A DNA stretch of 64,000 nt from Candidatus Adlerbacteria bacterium (GCA_029288895.1 JARIGK010000002.1:94986-158985); one strand, 5' to 3'. Counted from the first letter of the stretch, positions 37,721 to 46,205 are shown. The notes: generated by a model from the sequence alone, not told the origin. Numbers and translations are program-made.

Positions 37721-38225
37721 TATGCACCCAGAAGAATATCTAGACCTGGTGGATGAGAATGATCGGGTAATTGGGCGAGAACTTCGATCTACGATATACG
37801 CGAATGGTTGGAAGAATTTTCGGGTAGTTAATGTTTTTCTAAAAAATTCTAAAGGTCAACTTTGGATTCCTCGCCGCACTGCACACAAGGCAATATTTCC
37901 GTCAGCTCTAGACTTTAGCGCAGCAGGACATGTTTCAAGCGGAGAGTCATACGATGAAGCGTTTGCAAAAGAAGTCCAAGAAGAATTGAATATTGATGTT
38001 TCAAAGGTACGTCACCGACTATTGGGCTACCTCACCCCTAAGGATGGTGCCGTTCTTTTTATGCAGGTATACGAAATCGAAAGTGATGAGACGCCGCAGT
38101 ACAATCCAGATGACTTCAGCGAATCGTACTGGCTTACCCCTCAAGAAGTTGTTACTCGAATAGAGAATGGAGATTCTGCAAAAAATGATATTCCATTTTT
38201 GATCAAACGTTTCTATTTACAATAA
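37721..38225 (+). CDS. NUDIX hydrolase (cassette 5; low GC)
   Basis: Nudix box GHVSSGESYDEAFAKEVQEELNI; start ATG at 37721 (MHPEEYLDLV). Confidence 0.8.
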
Positions 38226-38250
38226 TTCGGATATCGTCCCAGACGGCTCG
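38226..38250 (+). repeat. Cassette-boundary repeat R5 (degenerate: TTCGGATATCGTCCCAGACGG-CTCG)
   Basis: Begins immediately after the NUDIX stop codon; 3-nt deletion relative to consensus. Confidence 0.6.
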
Positions 38251-38268
38251 TTTTGTTACAATTATTGA

Positions 38269-38610
38269 ATGCTGAAGATAAAGCGTGTATACGAACCGAT
38301 GGAGAAAAAAGATGGGTTGAGAATACTCGTTGATCGTCTCTGGCCTCGTGGGCTTACCAAAAACAAAGCTCATGTAGACTTCTGGATGAAAGATATTGCA
38401 CCCAGCCCAAAGTTACGAATATGGTTTGGGCATGAGCCAACAAAGTGGGTATTGTTCAAACGCCGCTATCTTGCAGAGCTGCATAAGAACAAAAAAGTGG
38501 TTGAGGAAATAAAGACCCATATGAAAGAGAATAAGAAAATTACTTTGCTATATGGAGCAAAAGATACAATGCACAACCATGCTCTCATACTTCAGGATTT
38601 TTTGTCCTAA
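38269..38610 (+). CDS. DUF488 (YeaO-like) family protein (cassette 6)
   Basis: RVYE...GLRILVDRLWPRG...W.KDIAPS..LR.WFGHEP..W..F...Y..EL......ITLLYGAKD pattern typical of DUF488. Confidence 0.75.
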   Translation: MLKIKRVYEPMEKKDGLRILVDRLWPRGLTKNKAHVDFWMKDIAPSPKLRIWFGHEPTKWVLFKRRYLAELHKNKKVVEEIKTHMKENKKITLLYGAKDTMHNHALILQDFLS

Positions 38611-38615
38611 TATAA

Positions 38616-38648
38616 TCCCAACTTCGTACCACACACCCAGCTAATGAC
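38616..38648 (+). repeat. Cassette-boundary repeat R6 (variant type: TCCCAACTTCGTACCACACACCCAGCTAATGAC)
   Basis: Shares TCCAAC.TCGTACCA with R2 and R9; diverged 3' half. Confidence 0.55.
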
Positions 38649-38700
38649 TTTTTAGTATAAATATTGTAAATTCTTTTTTGGAATAGAGGGAGGTGTTTGA

Positions 38701-39225
38701 ATGGACGAAGCTATGGAAAGTGCTCTTCGTTTTTATGAAGAGAATCGAGTGGGAAGTTTTGGGCGCCATGCTCATTTCCATTTTATGCAAGCGATGAAGT
38801 TAGGGTACGCCACTATGGCGCCCGAAGGCTCAATCGCTGAATTGCCAGGCTCGAAGACCATCGAGTATTCACATGAAAGATGGCGTGTTGTTGATACCTA
38901 CATCGTCACGCCGAACAGTCCGTATAGTGGCGGGACAACGATGCTGTACTATGATCCGCTGCCGGTGTTCATGATGCAATACCTCGGAAAGTATGAGGAG
39001 ATTGCAATCCCGTGCCTGAAAGCTGCACTCAAGGCCGGCTCAAGTGCCGGTGAATTCAATGGCGGACGCGGCCAAGATCTCTTTGTGCACGAAGGGTTCA
39101 CTTACACGAACGATGCATATGGAGATTTTTTCACCCACTCAAGCGCTTTCGAACAGATCTTCGATCCGAACAGACAACGCGTCGGTTGGCATCGTTGTCA
39201 GTCGATCTGGATGCTCCGGAAATAG
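38701..39225 (+). CDS. Hypothetical protein (cassette 7)
   Basis: GAGGGAGG RBS; 174 aa, no recognised domain; followed by terminator 39237..39268. Confidence 0.55.
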   Translation: MDEAMESALRFYEENRVGSFGRHAHFHFMQAMKLGYATMAPEGSIAELPGSKTIEYSHERWRVVDTYIVTPNSPYSGGTTMLYYDPLPVFMMQYLGKYEEIAIPCLKAALKAGSSAGEFNGGRGQDLFVHEGFTYTNDAYGDFFTHSSAFEQIFDPNRQRVGWHRCQSIWMLRK

Positions 39226-39236
39226 TAATTTCAACG

Positions 39237-39268
39237 ACGGCCGACTCAGTTGGCCGTTTTTCTTTTAT
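39237..39268 (+). terminator. Intrinsic terminator
   Basis: acggcc gactcagt tggccgt followed by TTTTTCTTTTAT. Confidence 0.7.
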
Positions 39269-39274
39269 AAATTC

Positions 39275-39304
39275 GTTCGAATATCGTCCTAGACGGGCGG
39301 CTCG
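39275..39304 (+). repeat. Cassette-boundary repeat R7 (GTTCGAATATCGTCCTAGACGGGCGGCTCG)
   Basis: Two substitutions relative to consensus; sits between convergent cassette genes, each with its own terminator. Confidence 0.7.
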
Positions 39305-39353
39305 TAAAATAAAAACATCGCGGATCATGCCGCGATGTGGAAGAACCGAGATT

Positions 39354-39620
39354 CTATTGATCAGGATCCCACGGTTTGAGTTGTGCACTATCGATGTCAC
39401 CAAACCCCTGAAAAAATACCCGTCTAAGCTCAGCAGCCTTGACGAGACATGTGTCGTGAATAACGATTTTCAATCTGTCGCCGTTCCCCGGGTCGAAGAC
39501 AGTTGATCCATAATTCCCTGTAGAGACAAACTCAACGCCGTCCTTTGGCAGATCAGTGCCTGGTCCGTTGAGATTTTCAATTTCTCTGCCGCATACGATG
39601 CAGGGAAGAGCGTTGACCAT
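39354..39620 (-). CDS. Hypothetical protein (cassette 8)
   Basis: 88 aa, AGGAGAG RBS; terminator hairpin catcgcgg-atcatgc-cgcgatg at 39316..39345 on minus strand. Confidence 0.5.
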   Translation of the reverse strand: MVNALPCIVCGREIENLNGPGTDLPKDGVEFVSTGNYGSTVFDPGNGDRLKIVIHDTCLVKAAELRRVFFQGFGDIDSAQLKPWDPDQ

Positions 39621-39682
39621 ATGTCTCTCCTGTGTTTAATCTGAGCAAAAGTTAGCACACATTTTTTCCTTTTTCCATATTC

Positions 39683-39712
39683 GTTCGAATATCGTCCCAG
39701 ACGGGCAGCTCG
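39683..39712 (+). repeat. Cassette-boundary repeat R8 (GTTCGAATATCGTCCCAGACGGGCAGCTCG, consensus copy)
   Basis: Exact consensus; between stop of cassette-9 gene and start region of cassette-8 gene. Confidence 0.7.
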
Positions 39713-39763
39713 CTAGATAATAGAAAACCGCTCACCTTTCAGTGAACGGTTCGTGCCGAACGG

Positions 39764-40072
39764 CTACTCTGCGTTCGAAAATTCCATTTTTCCTGTTCGA
39801 TCGTTGCTATTGTACTCGACCGAAATCCAATTGTATGGAGGTAATTTCTTTTTATCTTCGGCACTAATTTCTGACAATTGTCCGCCAAGTTTGTAATTTG
39901 ATCCATGGCACGTGACGAATTGAAAGTTGTAAATCTTTAGCCTAACAACTAAGGGCTGACCTTCAACGAAAAGTGTGAACTTAGCCACTGCTCCCAAATT
40001 ACGTGCGACGAACGCCTGCTCAAGATCGCGCTGACCTGGGCCATTGCCTATGTAGAGCCATGGAAGAGTCAT
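39764..40072 (-). CDS. Hypothetical protein (cassette 9)
   Basis: 102 aa, no recognised domain. Confidence 0.5.
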   Translation of the reverse strand: MTLPWLYIGNGPGQRDLEQAFVARNLGAVAKFTLFVEGQPLVVRLKIYNFQFVTCHGSNYKLGGQLSEISAEDKKKLPPYNWISVEYNSNDRTGKMEFSNAE

Positions 40073-40206
40073 AAAGATCTCCGGGGTTTGAAAAGAACAA
40101 TCACATCAAACATAAAGAAGGATGTGAGCCGTCAGACTATCTGGCAGCAGGAAAACAGTAAATTTTTATCACGTATACGTCAAGTTCCTGAGTTAACTCT
40201 CTAAAA

Positions 40207-40236
40207 TTCCAACGTCATACCACACACCTCTCAAAC
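40207..40236 (+). repeat. Cassette-boundary repeat R9 (most diverged variant: TTCCAACGTCATACCACACACCTCTCAAAC)
   Basis: Aligns with R6/R2 5' half; distal-most copy. Confidence 0.5.
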
Positions 40237-40264
40237 TTATCCAAACAAGGCGTATTATTACCGA

Positions 40265-40501
40265 ATGTACTTCGTATATATGCTCGAGTGTAGCGACGGG
40301 TCGCTGTATACCGGCATTACGACTGATGTAAAAAGACGCTTCCAAGAACATAAGGCTGGCAAAGGCGGGCACTTCACCAGCTCGAGAGACGTTGTAAAAA
40401 TTGTATACACCGAAGAACATCCGGACAGGTCGTCTGCATCCAAACGCGAAGCCGAAATAAAACGCCTGCGCCGAGCAGACAAATTAAAGTTGATTTCATA
40501 G
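40265..40501 (+). CDS. GIY-YIG domain protein (UPF0213/YhbQ-like, 78 aa)
   Basis: MYFVYMLECSDGSLYTGITTDVKRRFQEHKAGKGGHFT GIY-YIG signature. Confidence 0.75.
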   Translation: MYFVYMLECSDGSLYTGITTDVKRRFQEHKAGKGGHFTSSRDVVKIVYTEEHPDRSSASKREAEIKRLRRADKLKLIS

Positions 40502-40556
40502 AAATTTCAGTGCCCACCTTCAGCAACTTTTAACCGCGTATGCAGTTATATGAAGT

Positions 40557-40814
40557 ATGTCCAAAGGGAAACGGATTTTGGGAAGTATTGCTATTGCTGT
40601 CGTTGCAGTGGGTGCTTTTTTGGGGTACCAGGTGTACCGAACGAACGCGGCCCATTCATCATTTGAAAACTACTACGCATTCCGTGGATGCCAAGAATTG
40701 ATCGAAAAAACTGACTCCTTCGCTACCTGCCGGCTTGCCGACGGCTCGATTATTAAACTCGTACTCATAAACAACAAGTGGTACCTCGACGGCGACGGCC
40801 CCGGTATTTGGTAG
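40557..40814 (+). CDS. Small membrane-anchored hypothetical protein
   Basis: 85 aa with N-terminal TM helix; possible degenerate boundary repeat just upstream (40507..40535). Confidence 0.4.
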   Translation: MSKGKRILGSIAIAVVAVGAFLGYQVYRTNAAHSSFENYYAFRGCQELIEKTDSFATCRLADGSIIKLVLINNKWYLDGDGPGIW

Positions 40815-40833
40815 AAATTGGTATAATTGATAG

Positions 40834-41130
40834 ATGAAACTTACTGGCGGCACCGTACACACCCTTCCTCCAGATTTGAAAGCGGCGCTCGCCAAAGATG
40901 CGAAGGCAGCACGTTTGTGGGAAGAGATTACCCCGCTCGCCCGCAATGAATGGATCTGCTGGACCATTTCAGTAAAGCAAGACAAAACGCGCAACGACCA
41001 TGTTAAGCGCGTCGTATCGGAGTTAAAAGACGGCATGCGCCGCCCCTGCTGCTGGATAGGCTGCATCCATCGCACCGACAAAAAAGTGAGCCGCTCTGTA
41101 CAGTTCGTCCTCGCAAAACGCTCTAAATAA
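40834..41130 (+). CDS. YdeI/OmpD-associated (OmdA) family protein
   Basis: DLKAALAKDAKAARLWEEITPLARNEWICWTISVKQDKTRNDHVKRVVSELKDGMRRPC matches the YdeI/OmdA family pattern. Confidence 0.6.
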   Translation: MKLTGGTVHTLPPDLKAALAKDAKAARLWEEITPLARNEWICWTISVKQDKTRNDHVKRVVSELKDGMRRPCCWIGCIHRTDKKVSRSVQFVLAKRSK

Positions 41131-41148
41131 TAGTGCTACAATTCCCGC

Positions 41149-41520
41149 ATGAAGGAACGGCACAAAAAGCGGATCGTTCATTGGTTTACGTCCGAAGAAA
41201 AATTTATTAAAACTCCTGTCGGCATTTTTTTGCTTGGATGTTTTTTGGGCGAGCTTTCTCCCGACCCTACAGACGCCGTTCATTTTTGGCTGCAACAGCA
41301 TGTACTTAACAATCCTACATTCCCTGCATTTTGGCGTGCATTTTTGCAGGTCTTCGACTGGTACTTTATGAGCGCATGTTACTTTCTCCTGTTGCTCATA
41401 CTCGCCTACTTCTTGCACATAACCAACGTCGGCGCTGTCAAACGCTTTACTATCGTTGCAGGTGTTTTAAGCATCGGCGCCGCTGTCGGCATCTTGGCGC
41501 AGTTTGTCATAGGCAGTTAG
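41149..41520 (+). CDS. Hypothetical membrane protein
   Basis: 123 aa, 3 hydrophobic helices; weak RBS. Confidence 0.35.
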   Translation: MKERHKKRIVHWFTSEEKFIKTPVGIFLLGCFLGELSPDPTDAVHFWLQQHVLNNPTFPAFWRAFLQVFDWYFMSACYFLLLLILAYFLHITNVGAVKRFTIVAGVLSIGAAVGILAQFVIGS

Positions 41521-41524
41521 TACG

Positions 41525-41974
41525 ATGAACTACTGGCTTCTCAAAACAGAACCAAGCGCGTATTCGATAGACGATTTAAAGCGCGACAAAACAACTGCCT
41601 GGGAGGGCGTGCGCAACTACCAGGCGCGCAACTTTATGCAACAGATGAAGAAGGGAGATTTATGCCTCTTCTACCACTCGAGCACGGAACCTGTTGGTGT
41701 ATTTGGCGTCGCAAAGGTAACAAAAGAAGCCTATCCTGATGCATCACAGTTTAATAAAAAAGATTCGCACTTCGACCCGAAGGCCACGAAAGAAAAACCT
41801 ATCTGGTTTTGCCCCGACATTACCTTTGTCAAAAAATTTAAAGAGCCGTTCCTTTTGACGCATATCAAAGCCGACCATGCCCTGCGCGGCATTATGGTCG
41901 CCCAGCAAGGCTCGCGCCTTTCCGTCCAGCCCGTATCCGAAATGCATTTCACATATATCACCAAAAACGCGTAG
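41525..41974 (+). CDS. EVE (PUA-like) domain protein
   Basis: MNYWLLKTEPSAYSIDDLKRDKTTAWEGVRNYQARNFMQQMKKGDLCLFYHS is the typical EVE-domain N-terminus. Confidence 0.8.
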   Translation: MNYWLLKTEPSAYSIDDLKRDKTTAWEGVRNYQARNFMQQMKKGDLCLFYHSSTEPVGVFGVAKVTKEAYPDASQFNKKDSHFDPKATKEKPIWFCPDITFVKKFKEPFLLTHIKADHALRGIMVAQQGSRLSVQPVSEMHFTYITKNA

Positions 41975-42019
41975 CATTCTACACGCGAAATTCACGAGTG
42001 CTCTGCGACTATTGAGCAC

Positions 42020-42490
42020 ATGAACGAATTTGTAAGTACAAAGGTTGGCGAGGTACTGGCGTTTGCACGCCTCTGTACCGATACGCTTGAAATGGGGCGC
42101 AGCGCGCTCGCAGAGATGGTTGGCGAAGAACGCCTCGACAGCGCAGAAGACGAACTTGAGACCCTCGAGCGCTCGATAGCTGCCTTGGCACAGGACGAAC
42201 ATGCCGTTGTGGCAATCGAGACATCCGCGACACAGACGCAAGAAAAATTGCGCACCATGCGCGACACCTATATCGACGGCAATTGGGACGAAGCCAGCGA
42301 AGTGCTTGAATGGCTCGGCTTTTCGACTGGCGCCGCATTGGTGCATTGGCACTTGCTCGCCGGCGCTGCACGCGCCACGGACGACAGCGGGCTTGCCGAT
42401 GTGGCAAAAGACGCGATCCGTTTCTACACATCGCTCTTTAGCTCGGACGAAGCAGTTCTTGCCGAGATCGGTGCATCAGCGGCCGCCTAA
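42020..42490 (+). CDS. Hypothetical acidic protein
   Basis: 156 aa, Ala/Glu-rich, relatively GC-rich; no recognised family. Confidence 0.4.
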   Translation: MNEFVSTKVGEVLAFARLCTDTLEMGRSALAEMVGEERLDSAEDELETLERSIAALAQDEHAVVAIETSATQTQEKLRTMRDTYIDGNWDEASEVLEWLGFSTGAALVHWHLLAGAARATDDSGLADVAKDAIRFYTSLFSSDEAVLAEIGASAAA

Positions 42491-42533
42491 GAAAAACCCG
42501 CGAGCAATGCCCGCGGGTGTAGTAGGTACAGAA

Positions 42534-43124
42534 CTATTCTTCCTCACTTTCATCCTCGCCCTGGCCGCCCTCTGGTTTGCCGCTCTTGGGCCTGCGAGAC
42601 GAAGGCGAAATGACAGAGACGCGAAGTTTTTTTACCTGCATGGCACTTGCTGTTGCAGTACGCACATCGGCATTTTCCTTACCCTCTGCCAACAAGCGTA
42701 TGGGCTGGAGCGCACGTTCGGTGACTTTTTGCCATACCGGTTTCGACAGTGCCTGCTCGAGATAGCCCGGGTTCACGGTCAGCTCAAAACTCGTTGCAAT
42801 GAGCGTTTTTCCTAGCTTCCCTTCTATCTCCTCGACGCCAGTGTGCGCCCAGTGCGGAAGCAATTGCCCCACAAGCGTCTCGCGGCGTTCCAGCAGCGGA
42901 TTCAACTGTTGCTGGATTTTTTCAAGCTCGTCGACAAGTTCGACAACCTTCTCTGGCTTAAGTTGCGGGCCTTTTGCTCTCTCTGCCCTGCGGCGTTTCG
43001 AGATCGCCTGATTTTTAACACTCTCTGCAAGTGCCTCAAACCAGCTATATGCCTGTCGTAGTTTTTTTGTAACTCCAACATGCGTTGGGCCCGATGCTTT
43101 TCGTGCCTGCGCAGTGACTACCAT
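42534..43124 (-). CDS. Hypothetical protein with acidic C-terminal tail
   Basis: Start trimmed to ATG at 43124 preceded by GAGGAGAAGAGGG RBS; 196 aa, basic N-terminus, coiled-coil-like centre, EDESEEE tail. Confidence 0.5.
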   Translation of the reverse strand: MVVTAQARKASGPTHVGVTKKLRQAYSWFEALAESVKNQAISKRRRAERAKGPQLKPEKVVELVDELEKIQQQLNPLLERRETLVGQLLPHWAHTGVEEIEGKLGKTLIATSFELTVNPGYLEQALSKPVWQKVTERALQPIRLLAEGKENADVRTATASAMQVKKLRVSVISPSSRRPKSGKPEGGQGEDESEEE

Positions 43125-43243
43125 CCCTCTTCTCCTCGATCTGCTATGAATTAACTCGTCAATGAAGAACTCTCCGACCAGCAACTCTACACAACCCACA
43201 TAAACCTCACATGAAGTACAGAACGAGTTGCTATACTTGGTAT

Positions 43244-43753
43244 ATGCAAAAAATCACAGCTCATCTTTGGTACGACAAAGAAGCAGAAGAGGCCATCAAT
43301 TACTACGTCGACGTGTTTAACGGCGCCCCCAACAAAGAGGCCGAGTCACAAGTGCTCAGCATCACCCGCTACCCTGAAGGTGGCACAGGCCCCATGGCCG
43401 GTATGGACGGCAAAGTGCTTACTGGCGTCTTCGAGTTGGCCGGCCAGCGCTTTATGGCGCTCGATGGCGGCCCCATCTTCAAGTTCAACGAGTCGATCTC
43501 AATGCTCGTCAATTGTAAAACCCAAGAAGAAATAGACTATTTCTGGGGCAAACTCTCTGCCGTGCCCGAAAGCGAACAGTGCGGCTGGTGCAAAGACAAA
43601 TTCGGCCTTTCGTGGCAAATCAACCCCACCGAAATTATGGGCAAGATGATGGACGGTTCTAACCCAGCAAAAACAAAAGCTGTCATTGCAGCCTTTATGC
43701 CGATGAAGAAGCTGGATATCGCAGCACTCCAAGCCGCCTACGACGCGGCGTAG
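43244..43753 (+). CDS. VOC-family protein of the 3-demethylubiquinone-9 3-methyltransferase-like (PhnB-like) domain family
   Basis: MQKITAHLWYD...AEEAINYYVDVF...VLTGVFELAGQRFMALDGGP.FKFNESISMLVNCKTQEEIDYFWGKLS...CGWCKDKFGLSWQI. Confidence 0.75.
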   Translation: MQKITAHLWYDKEAEEAINYYVDVFNGAPNKEAESQVLSITRYPEGGTGPMAGMDGKVLTGVFELAGQRFMALDGGPIFKFNESISMLVNCKTQEEIDYFWGKLSAVPESEQCGWCKDKFGLSWQINPTEIMGKMMDGSNPAKTKAVIAAFMPMKKLDIAALQAAYDAA

Positions 43754-43754
43754 C

Positions 43755-44306
43755 CTACATTAGCTTCGTTTCCTCATCTTCTTCGTCCATATCGTTGGCG
43801 CGCTCGTTTACGCCCGACGTTGCGAGCTCGTTCAACTTTTCATCCGTTGCCTCTTCCTCCTCGAGCGTCTCCTCAAGCAGGTCGGCGACTTCGGTGTGGC
43901 CCATTTCGCGCGCCCACTCCACAGCGCTGCCATAGCCAGCGATTTCGTAATGCTCTACATACTGCGCCGCGGCGATCAAGTTTGCGTCAAGCGCTTCGCT
44001 TCCCTCGACGTTCTTGATCACCCATTCGCCATCAGCTATAAGGCCGCGTATCGCTTCGCTTTTTAATTTCTTCGGCTTTTCATTAAGCAATTCAAATGCT
44101 TTTTCGAGGCGCTCGATCTGCCCTTTTGTTTGCTCCAAATGTTCTTCAAACCCTGATTTCAATTCTGCATCGCTCGCAGCCTTTGCCATCTTAGGCAAGG
44201 CTTTGGTAATTTCATGCTCAACGTCGTAGAGCGACTGCATCTTGGTAATAAGCAAATCATGGAGCGTCATAGACTCCTGTGATTTTGATTTCTTTGTTGT
44301 AGCCAT
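43755..44306 (-). CDS. Ferritin-like DUF892 (YciE/YciF) family protein
   Basis: LHDLLITKMQSLYDVEHEITKALPKMAKAA...FEEHLEQTKGQIERLEKAFELL pattern of DUF892; acidic C-terminus. Confidence 0.75.
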   Translation of the reverse strand: MATTKKSKSQESMTLHDLLITKMQSLYDVEHEITKALPKMAKAASDAELKSGFEEHLEQTKGQIERLEKAFELLNEKPKKLKSEAIRGLIADGEWVIKNVEGSEALDANLIAAAQYVEHYEIAGYGSAVEWAREMGHTEVADLLEETLEEEEATDEKLNELATSGVNERANDMDEEDEETKLM

Positions 44307-44369
44307 AGAAAATGATGGGTTAGGTATAACCTACCCATTATCCGTACAGCCTTCTGTTGGTGTGATGAA

Positions 44370-45431
44370 TCAGGCTGCACCAAGTGCACGGTAGAGCGCA
44401 AGCTCAAGCGGTATAGCAGGGACCGGCGCTTTGCCCATCTCGAGCAGTGCAGTAATAAGTTCTGAAAGTAGATGCGCATTAATAGCTGCGCCCGAGGCAC
44501 CCGCCAAGTTGGAGAGAAATGCGATATCGTCCTCGCTCAACTGCTCGGCTAACTGAGCCTTTAATTCTGGCGCAAAGCGCAGCAGTAGCACACCGCGCAC
44601 TTTTGCGATGGCTAGCATCGCAAATACTTTAGGCTGGGCGCCAGCCTTCAACCCCGCATGAAATTGTGCGAGTGCCTGTGCAATATTTTTTGCCGCAAGC
44701 GCGTCCAAAAACGCATTCACGCTCTTTGATGAAGGCGCGCCTACAACCTGCGCCACCTCTTCTTCTGTCAGTGTTGCATCTTCTGAAATCGTGAGAACTT
44801 TCTGCAAAATACCAAGCGTGTCGCGGAAGGAACCATCACCCATCATGGCAATAAGTTCGGCGCCTGCAGGAGCAAGCGATGCACCCTCTTTCTTTGCAAC
44901 ATCAAGCACGAGCTTCTTTAATGTCTCGTGCGACGGGTTCTTAAATTGGAATGTCTGGCAGCGCGATTTGATTGTGTCTGGAACTTTATCAAGCTCTGTT
45001 GTGGCAAGCACAAACACCACGTGCTCGGGCGGCTCTTCCAAGGTCTTGAGTAACGCACCCCAGGCTTGCGGCGTTAGCGCATGCGCTTCGTCGACGATAT
45101 AAAACTTGTACGCCGACTGAAATGGCAGCGTTGCAACACCCTCGCGCAGCTCGCGTATCTCGTCGATACCGCGGTTGCTTGCCGCATCCATCTCGTAGAT
45201 GTCAGCATCAGCGGTACCCAAGGCGCGCGCCAAAGCGCGCGCCATCGATGTTTTGCCTGTGCCGCGCCCGCCCGAAAAGAGGTAGGCATGCGCGATCTTC
45301 TTTTGTGCGACAGCTGCACGTAAGACAGCGGTAATATGCTCTTGGTCGCGGAATTCATCAAACTCCCCTGGCCTATACTTTCTGTATAGCGCTACGGGCG
45401 CACGCGTATCGGCTGGAGTGCTCTTTGCCAT
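44370..45431 (-). CDS. dnaX: DNA polymerase III subunit gamma/tau, short form (355 aa)
   Basis: YRKYRPGEFDEFRDQEHI, GGRGTGKTS Walker A, VDEAHAL, SRCQTFQFK sensor motifs; no tau C-terminal extension. Confidence 0.85.
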   Translation of the reverse strand: MAKSTPADTRAPVALYRKYRPGEFDEFRDQEHITAVLRAAVAQKKIAHAYLFSGGRGTGKTSMARALARALGTADADIYEMDAASNRGIDEIRELREGVATLPFQSAYKFYIVDEAHALTPQAWGALLKTLEEPPEHVVFVLATTELDKVPDTIKSRCQTFQFKNPSHETLKKLVLDVAKKEGASLAPAGAELIAMMGDGSFRDTLGILQKVLTISEDATLTEEEVAQVVGAPSSKSVNAFLDALAAKNIAQALAQFHAGLKAGAQPKVFAMLAIAKVRGVLLLRFAPELKAQLAEQLSEDDIAFLSNLAGASGAAINAHLLSELITALLEMGKAPVPAIPLELALYRALGAA

Positions 45432-45449
45432 CCACACCAGTATACTGGC

Positions 45450-45842
45450 TTATTTCTTTTTTGAAACTTTTTTGGCCTTTTTCTTAGCCTTTGTGACAGC
45501 CCGCGTGCCAGTGGTGCGTGCAGCCTCCATATGGCCCCAGGTATTCTTCAAATCGCGGGTTACCGATGCAATTTCAGCCGCCGTGACGCCCGACATCTTC
45601 GAGTAACGAGACATGACTTCTTGGACGAGTGCCAAATACTTTTTCTTATCAATGTCTTCCATCTTCTCAATTGCCTCCATCACTTCAGCACGAGCTTTCA
45701 GCATCCAGCTCTTTGCTTGGCGACGATGCTTTTCTGCATCCTTAGCACCATAAAACCAATACGCACCTGCTGCGGCAACTGCAGCTGCTGCAGCCAACCC
45801 TGCACCCACTGCAATAGTAGAACTGGTATCTTTTTTCGCCAT
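45450..45842 (-). CDS. Hypothetical protein with Ala-rich TM and Lys-rich C-terminus
   Basis: 130 aa; N-terminal hydrophobic Ala-rich helix, KKKAKKVSKKK tail. Confidence 0.45.
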   Translation of the reverse strand: MAKKDTSSTIAVGAGLAAAAAVAAAGAYWFYGAKDAEKHRRQAKSWMLKARAEVMEAIEKMEDIDKKKYLALVQEVMSRYSKMSGVTAAEIASVTRDLKNTWGHMEAARTTGTRAVTKAKKKAKKVSKKK

Positions 45843-45866
45843 AATGTTTAAAGTATCGCTTACTAA

Positions 45867-46199
45867 TTATGAATTGTCGCTGAAGGGTTCGTTCTCCACC
45901 TCTCCAACTTTCTTCTGTTTGCGCGGCATTGTACGTTTCTTCATACGCGAGGCAATAAAGCCGAGCCCCAAGTCGACTATCGCGCGCATTTTGACACCCT
46001 CGTTCTTTACCTCGCGGCGCAGTGTTTCAAAATCTTCTTCCAATTCGCGGCTCGCACGATTGAGCTTTGCGGTAATCTCTTTAAGATCGCGTAAAATCTG
46101 CACCACGTAATACGAGGCAATAAGGCCAGCCCCAGCAAACAGCACAACAACAATAGAAGTAATAAAGAAAAAGATATCTGCGTGTACAACTTCGCTCAT
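45867..46199 (-). CDS. Hypothetical membrane-anchored coiled-coil protein
   Basis: 110 aa; N-terminal TM then charged helical segment. Confidence 0.45.
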   Translation of the reverse strand: MSEVVHADIFFFITSIVVVLFAGAGLIASYYVVQILRDLKEITAKLNRASRELEEDFETLRREVKNEGVKMRAIVDLGLGFIASRMKKRTMPRKQKKVGEVENEPFSDNS

Positions 46200-46205
46200 A
46201 TCACC

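Noticed and set aside
35961-40236. Could the 30-bp repeats be a CRISPR array?
   Set aside because: The intervening segments are 300-700 bp and each encodes a full ORF with its own RBS and terminator. Repeat spacing is irregular and no cas genes are present. This is incompatible with CRISPR repeat-spacer architecture.
35961-40236. Classical integron attC sites / CALIN
   Set aside because: The repeats lack the R''-L''...L'-R' imperfect palindrome and the GTTRRRY core of attC. They are only about 30 bp and resemble a tRNA 3' end instead. No IntI-like integrase or attI/Pc is present.
41744-42431. Several 90-200-aa minus-strand ORFs (41744..42352, 41992..42267, 42009..42431)
   Set aside because: All are antisense to the EVE-domain gene and the 42020..42490 gene, Arg/Ser-rich with no RBS. 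Likely artefacts of the locally GC-rich sequence.
42534-43124. Phage Mu Gam-like annotation for the 196-aa protein
   Set aside because: Only a vague resemblance in length and charge distribution. The diagnostic Gam motifs could not be matched by eye, so it is left as hypothetical.
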